A DNA stretch of 64,000 nt from an uncultured Actinomycetes bacterium (GCA_963743455.1 CAVUPJ010000005.1:28946-92945); one strand, 5' to 3'; shown: positions 1-9,059, counted from the stretch's first letter. The notes: generated by a model not told the origin, from the sequence alone. Translations and numbers: made by a program.

Positions 1-243
1 GGCGGAAACGCCCAACGTCAGGGCAAGCGCAGCCGTCCCGGTGGCGATCGTTGCTTTCGCGCCCCGGAGTCGCTGCATTCCGGCGATTTTGCCGCTCTCC
101 CCCAAGGCGCCGGAGAACATACCACCTGCCAGTCGGCCCGAACGCCGGTTTGGAGGCCCGAGGGTGGTTCGGGGTGGCGAAGGGGCGCTGCATGGAATAC
201 ATTTCCTGGGCCACCCAACACTGCGTGGGGGCAGAGGAGAGAG

Positions 244-1051
244 ATGGTCCGAGCCGTAGCCGATAGGGCGTTCCTTCCGGCCAAGAGCCTGTTCGAGCAG
301 GTGGGGAACATGATGATCCTCACCGGCAAGACGATCACGGCCACGGTCCGCCCGCCCTACCCCTACGGCGGCGAGTTCATCTCCCAGTTCATCTTCGCCC
401 TGCAGCTGCTGCTGGTTTCCGATGCTGATCTCGACCGTCGCCTTCGGCTTCGGCGCCCCCGGCCTCCAGGCGGCCAACTTCGCCTCCTTGTTCGGGGCGC
501 TCGACCGCCTCGGGGGCTTCTTCGTCTTGGCCTCGATCCGCGAGTTCGCCCCCTTCGTGACCGCGGTCGTGGTCGCCGGGGTGGCGGGGACGGCGATCAC
601 CGCCGATCTCGGGGCCCGCAAGATCCGCGAGGAGCTCGACGCCCTCCAGGTGCTCGGGGTCGACCCGATCAAGAACCTGGTCGTGCCCCGCTTCCTCGCC
701 CTGATGCTGATCACCGGCCTGCTCGACATCTACGCCCTCTTGTTCGGGATCGCCGGCGGCGTCTTCGCCACCCTCGCCTACAACGCCCCCCTGGGCGGCT
801 TCTTCGCCACCCTGCTCACCAACGCCTCGGTGACCGAGCTCTGGGGCTCGATCTTGAAGACGACCCTGTTCGGGGCGGTCATCGCGATCGTCTGCTCCTA
901 CAAGGGCATGAACGCCTCCGGGGGCGCCGCCGGGGTCGGGAGGGCGGTCAACGAGGCCGTCGTGATCGCCTTCTTGGGCGTCTTTGCCTTCAACTACGTC
1001 TTCACCCAGACCCTGCTCGCCACCCATCCGGAACTGCAGGTGCCTCGCTGA
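244..1051 (+). CDS. YrbE/MlaE-family ABC permease 1 (Mce/Mla-type lipid transporter); frame broken near 410
   Basis: N-terminus is in ORF 244.. (GEFISQFIFALQL). The rest is in ORF 422..1051 with the YrbE/MlaE core REFAPFVTAVVVAGVAGTAITADLGARKIREELDALQVLGVDP. GGAG lies upstream of ATG 244. Confidence 0.85.
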
Positions 1052-1053
1052 TG

Positions 1054-1165
1054 AATAACTCCGTCGACATCCTCGCCTTCGGCTGCGGTGTCGCCGGGTT
1101 TGGGCGCCACCGGGGCGGCAGGTTCACACGCCCGAACCGCGACTTCGTCGCTAGCCCGAGCGAGG
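1054..1165 (+). repeat. Intergenic structured repeat, copy 1 (AATAACTCC box, stem 1061-1069/1089-1097, GCGAC-TTC-GTCGC mini-hairpin 1139-1151)
   Basis: Begins 3 nt after the stop of permease 1. Aligns block by block with 2980..3130. Confidence 0.6.
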
Positions 1166-1171
1166 TTGCTG

Positions 1172-1967
1172 ATGGGTTGGATGGCCGTCCCCCGCGAGTG
1201 GCTTTCCTCCCTGGGCGAGATCGCCGGCTTTTGCGGCAAGACCATGGGGCTCGTCTACTCGGGCCGGGTCTTCATGTTCTTCGGCGAGGCCCTTCGCCAG
1301 GCGGGGATCCTGATCCTCGGCTCGACCATCGTGATCTGGGGCCTCGTCTTCATCCTCGGCCTTCAGTGCGGGATCGAGGGCGCCTACTTCAACCGCACCC
1401 TGGGCGCCCCCTCCTACGCCGGCGTGTTCGCCGCCTGGTGTGACCTTCGCGAGGTGATCCCCTACGCCTTCGGCTACATGATGGCGGCCAAGGTGGGCAC
1501 CGGGATCGTCGCCGAGCTCGGCGCGATGCGGATCTCCGATGAGATCGACGCGCTCGAGGTGATGGGGGTGCCGCCGATGACCTTCCTGGCCGCCACCCGC
1601 CTGCTCGGCGCCTGGCTCACTTTGCCGTTCATGTACTTGACGCGCGATCGGGATCGGCTACTTCGCCTCCTACCTGGCGGTCGTGCAGCAGATCGGCGAC
1701 GTCTCCTCGGGCGGCTACTTCCTGATCTTCTGGATGTTCCAAAACCCGCCCGACCTCTTGTTCAGCGTGATCAAGGGGATGTCCATGGCCACGGCGATCG
1801 TTCTGGTCGGCTGCTACTACGGCTACACCGCCTCCGGCGGCCCGGTCGGGGTGGGCACGGCGACCGCCAAGTCGATGGTCTTGAACATCGTCTTGGTGCA
1901 CGTGATCGGGATGATGGGAACCCTGATCTTCTGGGGCGCTAACCCGAGGGCGCCGATCGGGGGGTAA
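1172..1967 (+). CDS. YrbE/MlaE-family ABC permease 2; frame broken near 1645
   Basis: ORF 1088..1942 from ATG 1172 (GAGG 8 nt upstream) carries GTGIVAELGAMRISDEIDALEVMGVPP. The C-terminus continues in ORF 1683..1967 (GYTASGGPVGVGTATAKSMV). Confidence 0.85.
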
Positions 1968-2006
1968 CCCCCCGTCTAAACGCACGGAGGAGGATGAACG
2001 GCACAG

Positions 2007-2975
2007 ATGGCTGATGAGATCACAGGCCCGACCCGCGAGGAGCGGGAACTGGAGGAGCGGGACGTGGAGGAGCGGGACGTGCAAGAGCGGGGAGGGTCGA
2101 CCTACCACGAGCCCGCACCCGAGCTCGGCACCCTGAATCAGGACTACGTGATCCCCGGGGTGGACCCGAGCGAATCCGACCCCTACCGCTGGCACACCGG
2201 CGAGAAGCGTGACCACGGCGGCGAGGACGCCATCGAAATAATCGACCTCGTCAAGCAGTTCGGCCGGATGCGCATCCTCAACGGCCTCAACCTCGGCCTC
2301 CCCAACGACCAGATCTCCATGGTGCTCGGGCCCTCCGGAACGGGGAAGAGCGTGTTGATCAAGCACATCGTCGGCCTCCTCTATCCCGACTCGGGGGACG
2401 TCCTCGTACACGGCCAGTCGGTCCCGAACCTGACCGACGACGAGCTGTTCGATATGCGCAAGAAGTTCGGCCTGCTGTTCCAGGACGGTGCCCTGTTCGG
2501 CTCCATGAACGTGTTCGACAACACCGCCTTTCCCCTCCGCCAGCACACCGACAAGTCGGAGGACGAGATCGGCGAGATCTGCAACCGGCGGCTTCGGGAG
2601 GTGGGGCTCGCCGAGGCCACGCAGAAGATGCCGAACGAGCTCTCCGGGGGGATGCGCAAGCGGGCCGGGTTTGCCCGGGCGCTGGTGCTCGACCCGGCGA
2701 TCGTCATGTTCGACGAGCCCGACTCCGGCCTCGACCCGGTTCGCACGGCGCTGCTCTGCGAGCTGATCCGCGAGGTCCACGCGGAGGCCGGCGGCTGCTA
2801 TCTCGTGATCAGCCACGACCTCGGCACCGCTCGCCGGATCGCCGATTTCCTGGCCGTGCTCTGGAAGGGCCGGATCGTGGAGAGCGGCCCCGCCGACGAG
2901 CTCTTCAACTCCGACAACGAGTTCGTCGCCCAGTTCCTGAACGCGGAGACTGTGGGCCCGTTGGCGATGGATTGA
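2007..2975 (+). CDS. Mkl/MlaF-like ABC transporter ATP-binding protein
   Basis: Intact 322-aa ORF with Walker A GPSGTGKS, signature LSGGMRKR and Walker B MFDEPDSGLD. Acidic N-terminal extension. Confidence 0.9.
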   Translation: MADEITGPTREERELEERDVEERDVQERGGSTYHEPAPELGTLNQDYVIPGVDPSESDPYRWHTGEKRDHGGEDAIEIIDLVKQFGRMRILNGLNLGLPNDQISMVLGPSGTGKSVLIKHIVGLLYPDSGDVLVHGQSVPNLTDDELFDMRKKFGLLFQDGALFGSMNVFDNTAFPLRQHTDKSEDEIGEICNRRLREVGLAEATQKMPNELSGGMRKRAGFARALVLDPAIVMFDEPDSGLDPVRTALLCELIREVHAEAGGCYLVISHDLGTARRIADFLAVLWKGRIVESGPADELFNSDNEFVAQFLNAETVGPLAMD

Positions 2976-2979
2976 CGTA

Positions 2980-3130
2980 AATAACTCCGGCGGCAGCCTC
3001 GCCTTCGGCTACGTTGCCGCCGGGCTAGGGCCCCAGCCTGACCCGGCAGGTCCAGCCGCCTGCACCGCGACTTCGTCGCTAGCTCCAGCGAGCCACCTTG
3101 ACCCGCGACTTCGTCGCTAGCCCGAACCAG
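2980..3130 (+). repeat. Intergenic structured repeat, copy 2 (stem 2987-2995/3015-3023; two GCGAC-TTC-GTCGC hairpins at 3067-3079 and 3105-3117)
   Basis: Begins 5 nt after the ATPase stop. Shares AATAACTCC, CCTCGCCTTCGGCT, CGGCAGGT and CCGCGACTTCGTCGCTAGC blocks with copy 1. Confidence 0.6.
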
Positions 3131-3147
3131 GTCCTAACCTTGCTTCG

Positions 3148-5838
3148 ATGAGGAACGCTTTGGCACGGATTGCCGGGCGGGCCGTCGAACGGCCGACGCC
3201 GGTGATCTTCGCCGCGGTTCTGCTCACCTTGATCGGTGCGGTCGCTGCACTGCGTCTCCAGGCCGATCGCAGCCCAGACTCGCTGGTCGACCGTGGCTCC
3301 AGCGCCTACGCCGAGACCCAGAGGTTCTACGAGGAGTTCGGGGACGAGCCGGTTGAGATTCTTGTCAAGGGCGACCTACGCCAGGTCCTCGCCACCGACA
3401 ACCTGGTGCGCCTGCTGGCGCTCGAGAGCTGCCTCTCGGGCAAGGCTCCCGGCGGGCAGGAGGCCGGCAGCCAGCCCACGCCGCCCACCTGTGCGGCGAT
3501 CTCCCGCCTCGACCCGAGCGCGGTGGTCTTCGGACCGGCGACCTTTCTGAACCAGTTCGCGCTTCAGGCGAGCGAGCTGCTCACCCAACAGCAGGAGGCG
3601 GCGGTCGTGCGGGGGCAGGAGGCGGCGATCGAGGCCGCGCGCCAGGCGAAGAATGCGGGGCTCTCCGCGGCCGAGCAGCAGCCGGCCGCGCAGGCGGCGT
3701 TCCAGGAGGTGCTGTTCAAGCTCGGGCAACAGGTCCAGGCCCTCGCTATCGAGTACGGCCAGACGGGCCCACCGAGCCTGACCAACCCGGGTTACGTCTC
3801 GTCGGTGATCTGCGACGGCCGGTTCGACGGCTGCGTGCCGAAGGCCCGGTTCTCGGCGATCGTCCCCAGCTCCGACGCGGCCCTGATCTCCGTGCGCCTG
3901 CGCCCCGGCCTCAGCGAGTCCGAGCGCCGAGAGGCGATCGCCCTGTTCCGCGACGCGGTCGCCGATCCGAGCTTCCAGCTCAAAAAGGGGCGATCCGGCA
4001 CCCAGCCGAGCTACGTGGTCAGCGGCGTGCCGGTCGTCTTCGAGGGGCTGGCGCAGGAGCTCTCCACCCAGATCTTCGTCCTCCTGGCCGCCGCCCTGGC
4101 GGCGATGGTGATCACCCTTGCGGCGGTCTTCCGCACCCCGCTCAGGCTCCTGCCGCTGGGGATCGCGTTGGGCGCGGCCGGCATCGTGTTCGGCTTCCTC
4201 TCGCTGGTCGGGGGCTCGCTGACCATGGCCTCGATCGCGGTGCTGCCGGTGCTGATCGGGCTCTCCGTCGACTACGCGATCCAGTTCCAGGCCCGCTTCG
4301 CCGAGGCGGTCAAGACGGGCTCCTCGCCGCCTCGTGCGGCTGTGGAGGCCGCCGCCAGGGGAGGCCCGGTGATCGCAACGGCCGGCCTGGCCACCGTGGC
4401 CGGCTTCGCCGTCCTGGTGCTGTCGCCGATCCCGATGGTGCGCGGCTTCGCGCTCCTCCTGGTGCTCGGGCTCGTGGTCGCCTTCGCGCTGGCGCTCACC
4501 GTGGGCCTCTCGGCCCTCTCGCTGCTGAAGCGGCCAACCGGCAAGCCCGCCCGGCCGATGGTGTTCCGGCGCGGGGGCGCGCCGCTGCGCGCAAAGGGTG
4601 CGGTTCTCGGCTCCCGCGCGCGGGCGGTGGGCGGGCGCGCCCTCGCCTTCTCGATCGCGGCTCCGGGCAGGGTGCTGGCGGTCGCCGCCCTGGTGGCGAT
4701 CCTCGGCTGGGGGGTGGGGACACGGATCCCGGTGATCTCCGATATCCGCCAGCTCGTGCCGGGCGACCTGCCTGCGCTCCAGGACGTGGACGAGCTCGAG
4801 CAGGCCACCGGCATCTCGGGGCTCACCTACGTCACCGTGACCGCCCCCGACCTCAGCGACCCGGCGGTGATCTCGTGGATGCACGACTTCGAGCAGCGCA
4901 TCCTGGCGCGCCATGGGTTCGAGGGCCGGAATGCGTCCTGTCGGGACGAGCAGACGGAGATCTGCCCCGAGATCTCGCTCGCCGACTTCCTCTACGCGGG
5001 CGGGCAGGCTACCCCGAGCCGGCAGCGGATCAAGGCCAGCCTGCGCCTGCTTCCTCCGTACGTCGCCCAGGCGCTCGTCACCACGGACCCCGACACAGGC
5101 AAGCCCGGCAACACCGGCGTGATCACCTTCGGGATCAAGGTGATGCCGTTCGACCAGCAGAAGGAGCTGATCGACGACATCCGCGCTCAGGTCGACCCAC
5201 CGGGGACCGGCGATGACCCGCCGCCGGGGGTGAGCACCCAGGTCCTCGGCCTGCCCGTGCTGGCCGCTGACGCCAACTCGGCGCTCTCCGGGAGCCGCTA
5301 CCTGGTGACCGTCGCCGGCCTGCTGGCGGTGGCGCTGGTCCTGGTGGCCGTGTACCGGTCCGCCGGCAGGGCGCTCGTGCCGCTGATCCCGATCGTGCTC
5401 GCGACCGGCTGGTCCTCCCTGGTGCTGTGGGTGGCGGGCGTCCCGCTCAACCCGATGTCGGCGACTCTCGGCGCGCTGGTGATCGCGATCGCAACGGAGT
5501 TCAGCGTTCTGCTCTCGGCCCGCTACCACGAGGAGCGCCGGCGCGGTGGAACCATGGGGGAGGCCCTTCGCCGGGCCTACGCGGGCACCGGGGCGGCCGT
5601 TTTCGCATCCGGAATCACCGCGATCGCAGGCTTCGCGGTGCTGGTGTTCACCGACATCCGCATGCTGCGCGACTTCGGGCTGGTGACTGTCTTCGACTTG
5701 GGCGTGGCCTTGGCCGGCGTGCTCCTGGTGCTGCCGGCGGCCCTGGTGTGGTCCGAGGGCGGATTCGAGCCGCTGTCGGCGCTGGCAGGGCGGTTGCGCG
5801 CCGTGGGCGCCCGGCGCCCGCCGATGCCGCTGCGCTGA
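3148..5838 (+). CDS. MMPL/RND-superfamily membrane transporter (two 6-TM bundles with large loops)
   Basis: Intact 896-aa ORF. Duplicated hydrophobic blocks (LPVLIGLSVDYAIQF... and LGALVIAIATEFSVLL...) are typical of MMPL/HAE-type exporters. Confidence 0.85.
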   Translation: MRNALARIAGRAVERPTPVIFAAVLLTLIGAVAALRLQADRSPDSLVDRGSSAYAETQRFYEEFGDEPVEILVKGDLRQVLATDNLVRLLALESCLSGKAPGGQEAGSQPTPPTCAAISRLDPSAVVFGPATFLNQFALQASELLTQQQEAAVVRGQEAAIEAARQAKNAGLSAAEQQPAAQAAFQEVLFKLGQQVQALAIEYGQTGPPSLTNPGYVSSVICDGRFDGCVPKARFSAIVPSSDAALISVRLRPGLSESERREAIALFRDAVADPSFQLKKGRSGTQPSYVVSGVPVVFEGLAQELSTQIFVLLAAALAAMVITLAAVFRTPLRLLPLGIALGAAGIVFGFLSLVGGSLTMASIAVLPVLIGLSVDYAIQFQARFAEAVKTGSSPPRAAVEAAARGGPVIATAGLATVAGFAVLVLSPIPMVRGFALLLVLGLVVAFALALTVGLSALSLLKRPTGKPARPMVFRRGGAPLRAKGAVLGSRARAVGGRALAFSIAAPGRVLAVAALVAILGWGVGTRIPVISDIRQLVPGDLPALQDVDELEQATGISGLTYVTVTAPDLSDPAVISWMHDFEQRILARHGFEGRNASCRDEQTEICPEISLADFLYAGGQATPSRQRIKASLRLLPPYVAQALVTTDPDTGKPGNTGVITFGIKVMPFDQQKELIDDIRAQVDPPGTGDDPPPGVSTQVLGLPVLAADANSALSGSRYLVTVAGLLAVALVLVAVYRSAGRALVPLIPIVLATGWSSLVLWVAGVPLNPMSATLGALVIAIATEFSVLLSARYHEERRRGGTMGEALRRAYAGTGAAVFASGITAIAGFAVLVFTDIRMLRDFGLVTVFDLGVALAGVLLVLPAALVWSEGGFEPLSALAGRLRAVGARRPPMPLR

Positions 5839-5870
5839 GTCCGGGCCGCTCGCGCCGGCGGCCGGGGTGG

Positions 5871-6533
5871 CGCTACTCGACCTTCGTCGGGATCGCCTTC
5901 TTGGTCCTGATCGCCGTCGCCACCCTGAACACGATTCGCACCGACAGCGGCGGCACGCTCGGAACCGGCACCGACGAACGTGGCATGGCCCTGCCGGAGT
6001 TCGCGGTTCCGGACGCCCGCACCGGCCCCCTCGACCAAGACGCGAACATCTACCAGGACGACTGCTCGACGTCTGAGAATCCCTGCCCTGCCGAGGCGCG
6101 GCGGGATCCGGCCTGTGAGATCGAGGTGAGCGGCGCGATCCGCGTCTGCGACCTCTTCGACCGCCCGCTCGTGATCTCGTTCTGGTTCACGGGCGGCGCC
6201 GACTGCCTGCCCACGCAGGACGCAGTCGACCAGGTCGCCTCCCGCTACCGTGGTCGCGTGAACTTCCTCTCGATCGCCATCCGCGACGACCCGGCCGACG
6301 TGCGCCGGATCGTCGCCGAGCGGGGCTGGAGGATGCCGGTCGGCTACGACCGCGACGGCGCCGTCAGCGACCTCTACCTGGTGGGGGGATGCCCGACCGT
6401 GGCCTTCGCCTTCCCGGGCGGGGTCCTCGATTTCGCGAAGGTGGGGACCGAGCAGCTCTCGGAGCAGCAGCTCACCCAGGACGTCCAGCGCCTGCTCCGC
6501 CACTCTCGCCAGCGGGCCCGCGAAGACCGCTGA
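5871..6533 (+). CDS. Membrane-anchored thioredoxin-fold (TlpA/redoxin-like) protein lacking a canonical CXXC; start uncertain
   Basis: Tail of ORF 5427..6533: TM FVGIAFLVLIAVATL, then LVISFWFTGGADCLPTQDAV...GCPTVAFAFPGG. No ATG/GTG/TTG in frame just after the MMPL stop. Confidence 0.55.
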   Translation, partial: RYSTFVGIAFLVLIAVATLNTIRTDSGGTLGTGTDERGMALPEFAVPDARTGPLDQDANIYQDDCSTSENPCPAEARRDPACEIEVSGAIRVCDLFDRPLVISFWFTGGADCLPTQDAVDQVASRYRGRVNFLSIAIRDDPADVRRIVAERGWRMPVGYDRDGAVSDLYLVGGCPTVAFAFPGGVLDFAKVGTEQLSEQQLTQDVQRLLRHSRQRAREDR

Positions 6534-7174
6534 TGAGCGAGGAGGCCGTTCCGGAGGCGGGCTGGGTCGCGCCGGAGCTGCGCGAGGAGTTCCCGGGTCT
6601 CGCCCTCCGCTACCTGTTGATCGAGCACGGCTCCGGCCGGGCTCCACGGCACGTGAAGAAGCGCCTCGCCGAGCTCTCGAACAGGTTTTCGGGACCGCAG
6701 GCGATCAACCTCCGCCACCAGGCGATCCCCTGGGCCTACCGTGTCTTCTACCGGCACATCGGGATGGATCCCGACGAGCAGCACACGCCGGTGGAAGCGA
6801 TCGCGCTCGAGCGCATGAAGCGCGGCGGCTTCATCACCCAGAGCCTGCTCGACGACGCGCTGACGATCGCGATCATCGAGTCAGGAGTGGCCCTGCGAGC
6901 CTTCGACGCGGGGCGTGTGGACGGTCGCCTGGGGATTCGGCCCACCGAGCCTGGCGAAGGCCTCGAGGGACGCCCGGGCGAACTGCCCCAGGGAACCCTG
7001 GTGATCGCCGACGAGGCCAGGCCAGTGGGACTGCTGTTCGGGGCAACCGCCGCCGGCCGTGGCGTCACCCCGCGCACGGCGAGGATGACCCTCGTAGGCG
7101 TGCAGGTGAAGGGCGTGCCGGAGATCGCCGTCGAGGAGGCGATCTGGCTGGCCGCGGACGTGATCCGGAGCTAG
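6533..7174 (+). CDS. B3/B4 (tRNA-binding-like) domain-containing protein
   Basis: ATG 6533 overlaps the upstream TGA (TGATG). IPWAYRVFYRHIGMDPDEQHTPVEAIALERMKRGGF...LLDDALTIAIIESGVALRAFD matches the solo B3_4 family pattern. Confidence 0.7.
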   Translation: MSEEAVPEAGWVAPELREEFPGLALRYLLIEHGSGRAPRHVKKRLAELSNRFSGPQAINLRHQAIPWAYRVFYRHIGMDPDEQHTPVEAIALERMKRGGFITQSLLDDALTIAIIESGVALRAFDAGRVDGRLGIRPTEPGEGLEGRPGELPQGTLVIADEARPVGLLFGATAAGRGVTPRTARMTLVGVQVKGVPEIAVEEAIWLAADVIRS

Positions 7175-7208
7175 CGGTCCTGATGTGGTTTGGTCCGACT
7201 CGCCGGCA

Positions 7209-7253
7209 CGCTTATGACTTTCGACCCCTATAGGGCGCCCAAAGTCATAAGCG
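7209..7253. repeat. Perfect 13-bp inverted repeat CGCTTATGACTTT/AAAGTCATAAGCG enclosing the palindrome CCCTATAGGG
   Basis: Read directly. AT-rich arms sit in a GC-rich intergenic gap (7175-7326). Confidence 0.8.
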
Positions 7254-7326
7254 ATGCGCCGAAGGCTGGTTAGCGGCTGCGGAGATACAATGGCGGCGAC
7301 GTAGATTCCGGCGAACGGAGACCCTC

Positions 7327-7911
7327 GTGCCCGAGCAACTGCTGGAGACCGAGGCGGGCGATTCGTCGCTTCAGCCGGTCGATGCCCTGGAGGCGGCGCT
7401 GGGCGTCGGCTACGGACGCGTCGACGCCCTCACCGAGCGCCGGGCCCGCCAGGACCTTCGCGGGCAGATCGCACTGCTGGAGAAGCGCCTCGGCGAGCTG
7501 TTCGCTTCCGCCTTCCCGCGCCAGGGGATCGAGTGGACGGTCGGCGCGGTGGGCGGGCCTCGGGTGCTCGGGGTCGCCGAGCTGGAGCGGGTGCGCGACG
7601 CGCTCGCCGCGAGGCTCCGCGAGGCGGGCGCCGAGATCGGGCGTCAAAGCGATGTCGAGGAGCACAATCGCGGCTTGATGGAGGCGATGATCGCCGAGCC
7701 CCACCGCTACCGGTGGGTCCGGGTGTCCAACGAGGACGTCGGCGAGCGCGGCTGCCGGCACTGGCATTCGCGGCCTCGCTGGGGCATCCTCGGGATGCTG
7801 ATGGGTTGGTGGCGGGTAAAGCTCTCCTCCGGCTGTCCGTTAGCCCAGGGGCCCCGGCCCCTGCAAACCTGCGCATCTCGGTTGCCTCGATCGATCGTCT
7901 CGCTCACGTAG
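7327..7911 (+). CDS. Hypothetical protein (coiled-coil N-half, C-terminal GWWRVKLSSGCP motif)
   Basis: 194-aa ORF with GTG start and GC3-rich codon usage. No family recognised. Confidence 0.45.
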   Translation: MPEQLLETEAGDSSLQPVDALEAALGVGYGRVDALTERRARQDLRGQIALLEKRLGELFASAFPRQGIEWTVGAVGGPRVLGVAELERVRDALAARLREAGAEIGRQSDVEEHNRGLMEAMIAEPHRYRWVRVSNEDVGERGCRHWHSRPRWGILGMLMGWWRVKLSSGCPLAQGPRPLQTCASRLPRSIVSLT

Positions 7912-7975
7912 GTTTGGACTACGCTCGCTTCGCCGATCGATCTGCGTCAGCCGACCTGCTTGGTTTTCGGGGCCG

Positions 7976-8473
7976 ATGAGCAAAAAGCGTCGCAAGCGCC
8001 GTCCGCGCCCCGCCCCGGCGAAGCCGCCGGTGGCGGAGTCGGCTGCTGCCAAGGCGCCGCCGGCCCCTCGCAGGCGCCGCGCGCAACCGATAGACGACGA
8101 GCGACCGCCGGCGCCCTGGGGCTCCTTTCCGCTGGTCGAGCTCGTCGTGCTGGTGGCGCTCGTGATGCTCGTCGCCGGGTTCGTCGTCCAAGGCCAGCGA
8201 GGGACGGTGCTGATCGGGGTCGGGCTCGTGCTGGGAGCCCTGGCCGGGATCGAGCTGTCGATCCGAGAGCACTTCGCGGGCTACCGCTCGCACACGCTGG
8301 TGCTCTCGGGCGCGCTCGCGATGGCGGTGCTGGGTGCGCTCGCCTTTCTCACCGGGGGCGCGGTCTGGTTCCCCCTGGCGCTCGCCGCCGCGATCGCGGC
8401 CTTCGCCCTCGCCGCCTGGGGGCTGACCCGGGCCTTCACGCGCCGTTCCGGGCAGGCCTTCAAGGTCCGCTGA
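7976..8473 (+). CDS. Hypothetical membrane protein (basic Pro/Ala-rich N-terminus, 4 predicted TM)
   Basis: 165-aa ORF with ATG start. Hydrophobic segments VELVVLVALVMLVAGFVV, LIGVGLVLGALAG, LSGALAMAVLGALAFL and LALAAAIAAFALAAW. Confidence 0.55.
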   Translation: MSKKRRKRRPRPAPAKPPVAESAAAKAPPAPRRRRAQPIDDERPPAPWGSFPLVELVVLVALVMLVAGFVVQGQRGTVLIGVGLVLGALAGIELSIREHFAGYRSHTLVLSGALAMAVLGALAFLTGGAVWFPLALAAAIAAFALAAWGLTRAFTRRSGQAFKVR

Positions 8474-8515
8474 TCGGGTGCGCCGAGGCGCCCGGTTTCG
8501 CCGCCGCGGCGTTTC

Positions 8516-8848
8516 CTAGCGCCGCCGCAGTGCCTTGGCCTGGAGCTCTCCGGCCAGCACCCCGCGCTGGCGCTCCGTGAGGCGTCCCAGCTCGCGATTC
8601 TCGTTCAGCGCCAGCGAGGAGAGGAACTTGCGGGCGCGGGCGCGACCCCAGCGCCGTTGACTGCGCAAGAGCTCGCCCACGGTCATGGTCTCGACCTCCC
8701 AGGGGCAAGTTCGAACCACCTCGGTCACGTCGGCCTGGCCGGCCAGGATGGCGCGCTTGAGCGAGGCCCGAGCGAGCCGGACGCGGTTGGCGTGCGCGAG
8801 AGCTTGCATGTGCTGTGGCGCGGATACGACGGTTGCGGCAGCTGACAT
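8516..8848 (-). CDS. mihF: Actinobacterial integration host factor-like protein (MihF family)
   Basis: Internal ATG 8848 preceded by GGAAGGAG. ...LARASLKRAILAG..VTEVV....TMTVGELLRS....GRARARKFLSSLAL.ENRELGRLTERQRGVLAGEL follows the mIHF pattern. Confidence 0.6.
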   Translation of the reverse strand: MSAAATVVSAPQHMQALAHANRVRLARASLKRAILAGQADVTEVVRTCPWEVETMTVGELLRSQRRWGRARARKFLSSLALNENRELGRLTERQRGVLAGELQAKALRRR

Positions 8849-9059
8849 CGTCACTCCTTCCTCCGAGCATTCAACGAGGATCTGATTCGGGCGCTCCCCC
8901 AGCCAAGACGAACGAGGCTGGATTAGGCGGAACGAAATATCTCTTTCCCGTTCCGGTGGCCTCCTGCCCCGAGGCGCATCCGGCGTGCGCGGGAAACTAA
9001 ACAAGGGCGCAAGGGGGCGCAAATGAGAACCCCTTGTGAACCGCCCAGTCGTTCGCTAA

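Noticed and set aside
1-78. Possible start of a minus-strand secreted protein (MQRLRGAKATIATGTAALALTLGVSA..) running off the left edge
   Set aside because: Only 26 codons are visible, the RBS is poor and an alternative upstream ATG exists. There is not enough evidence to call a gene.
3376-5529. 717-aa minus-strand ORF opposite the MMPL gene. Similar long antisense ORFs occur at 1629..2816, 9149..10873, 17266..18684, 20112..20915, 21267..22727, 36094..37845 and 44461..46314.
   Set aside because: Their translations are dominated by R, G, D, P, H and E runs with no recognisable motifs. Each lies opposite a gene with clear family signatures. They are stop-codon-poor antisense frames of GC-rich coding DNA.
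8849-9059. Several short inverted repeats (for example ACAAGGG...CCCTTGT, GCGC-AAGGGG-GCGC) in the mihF upstream region; considered as a riboswitch or sRNA
   Set aside because: They do not match any RNA family I can recognise, and short GC-rich stems are expected by chance at this composition. Left as an unexplained leader or promoter region.
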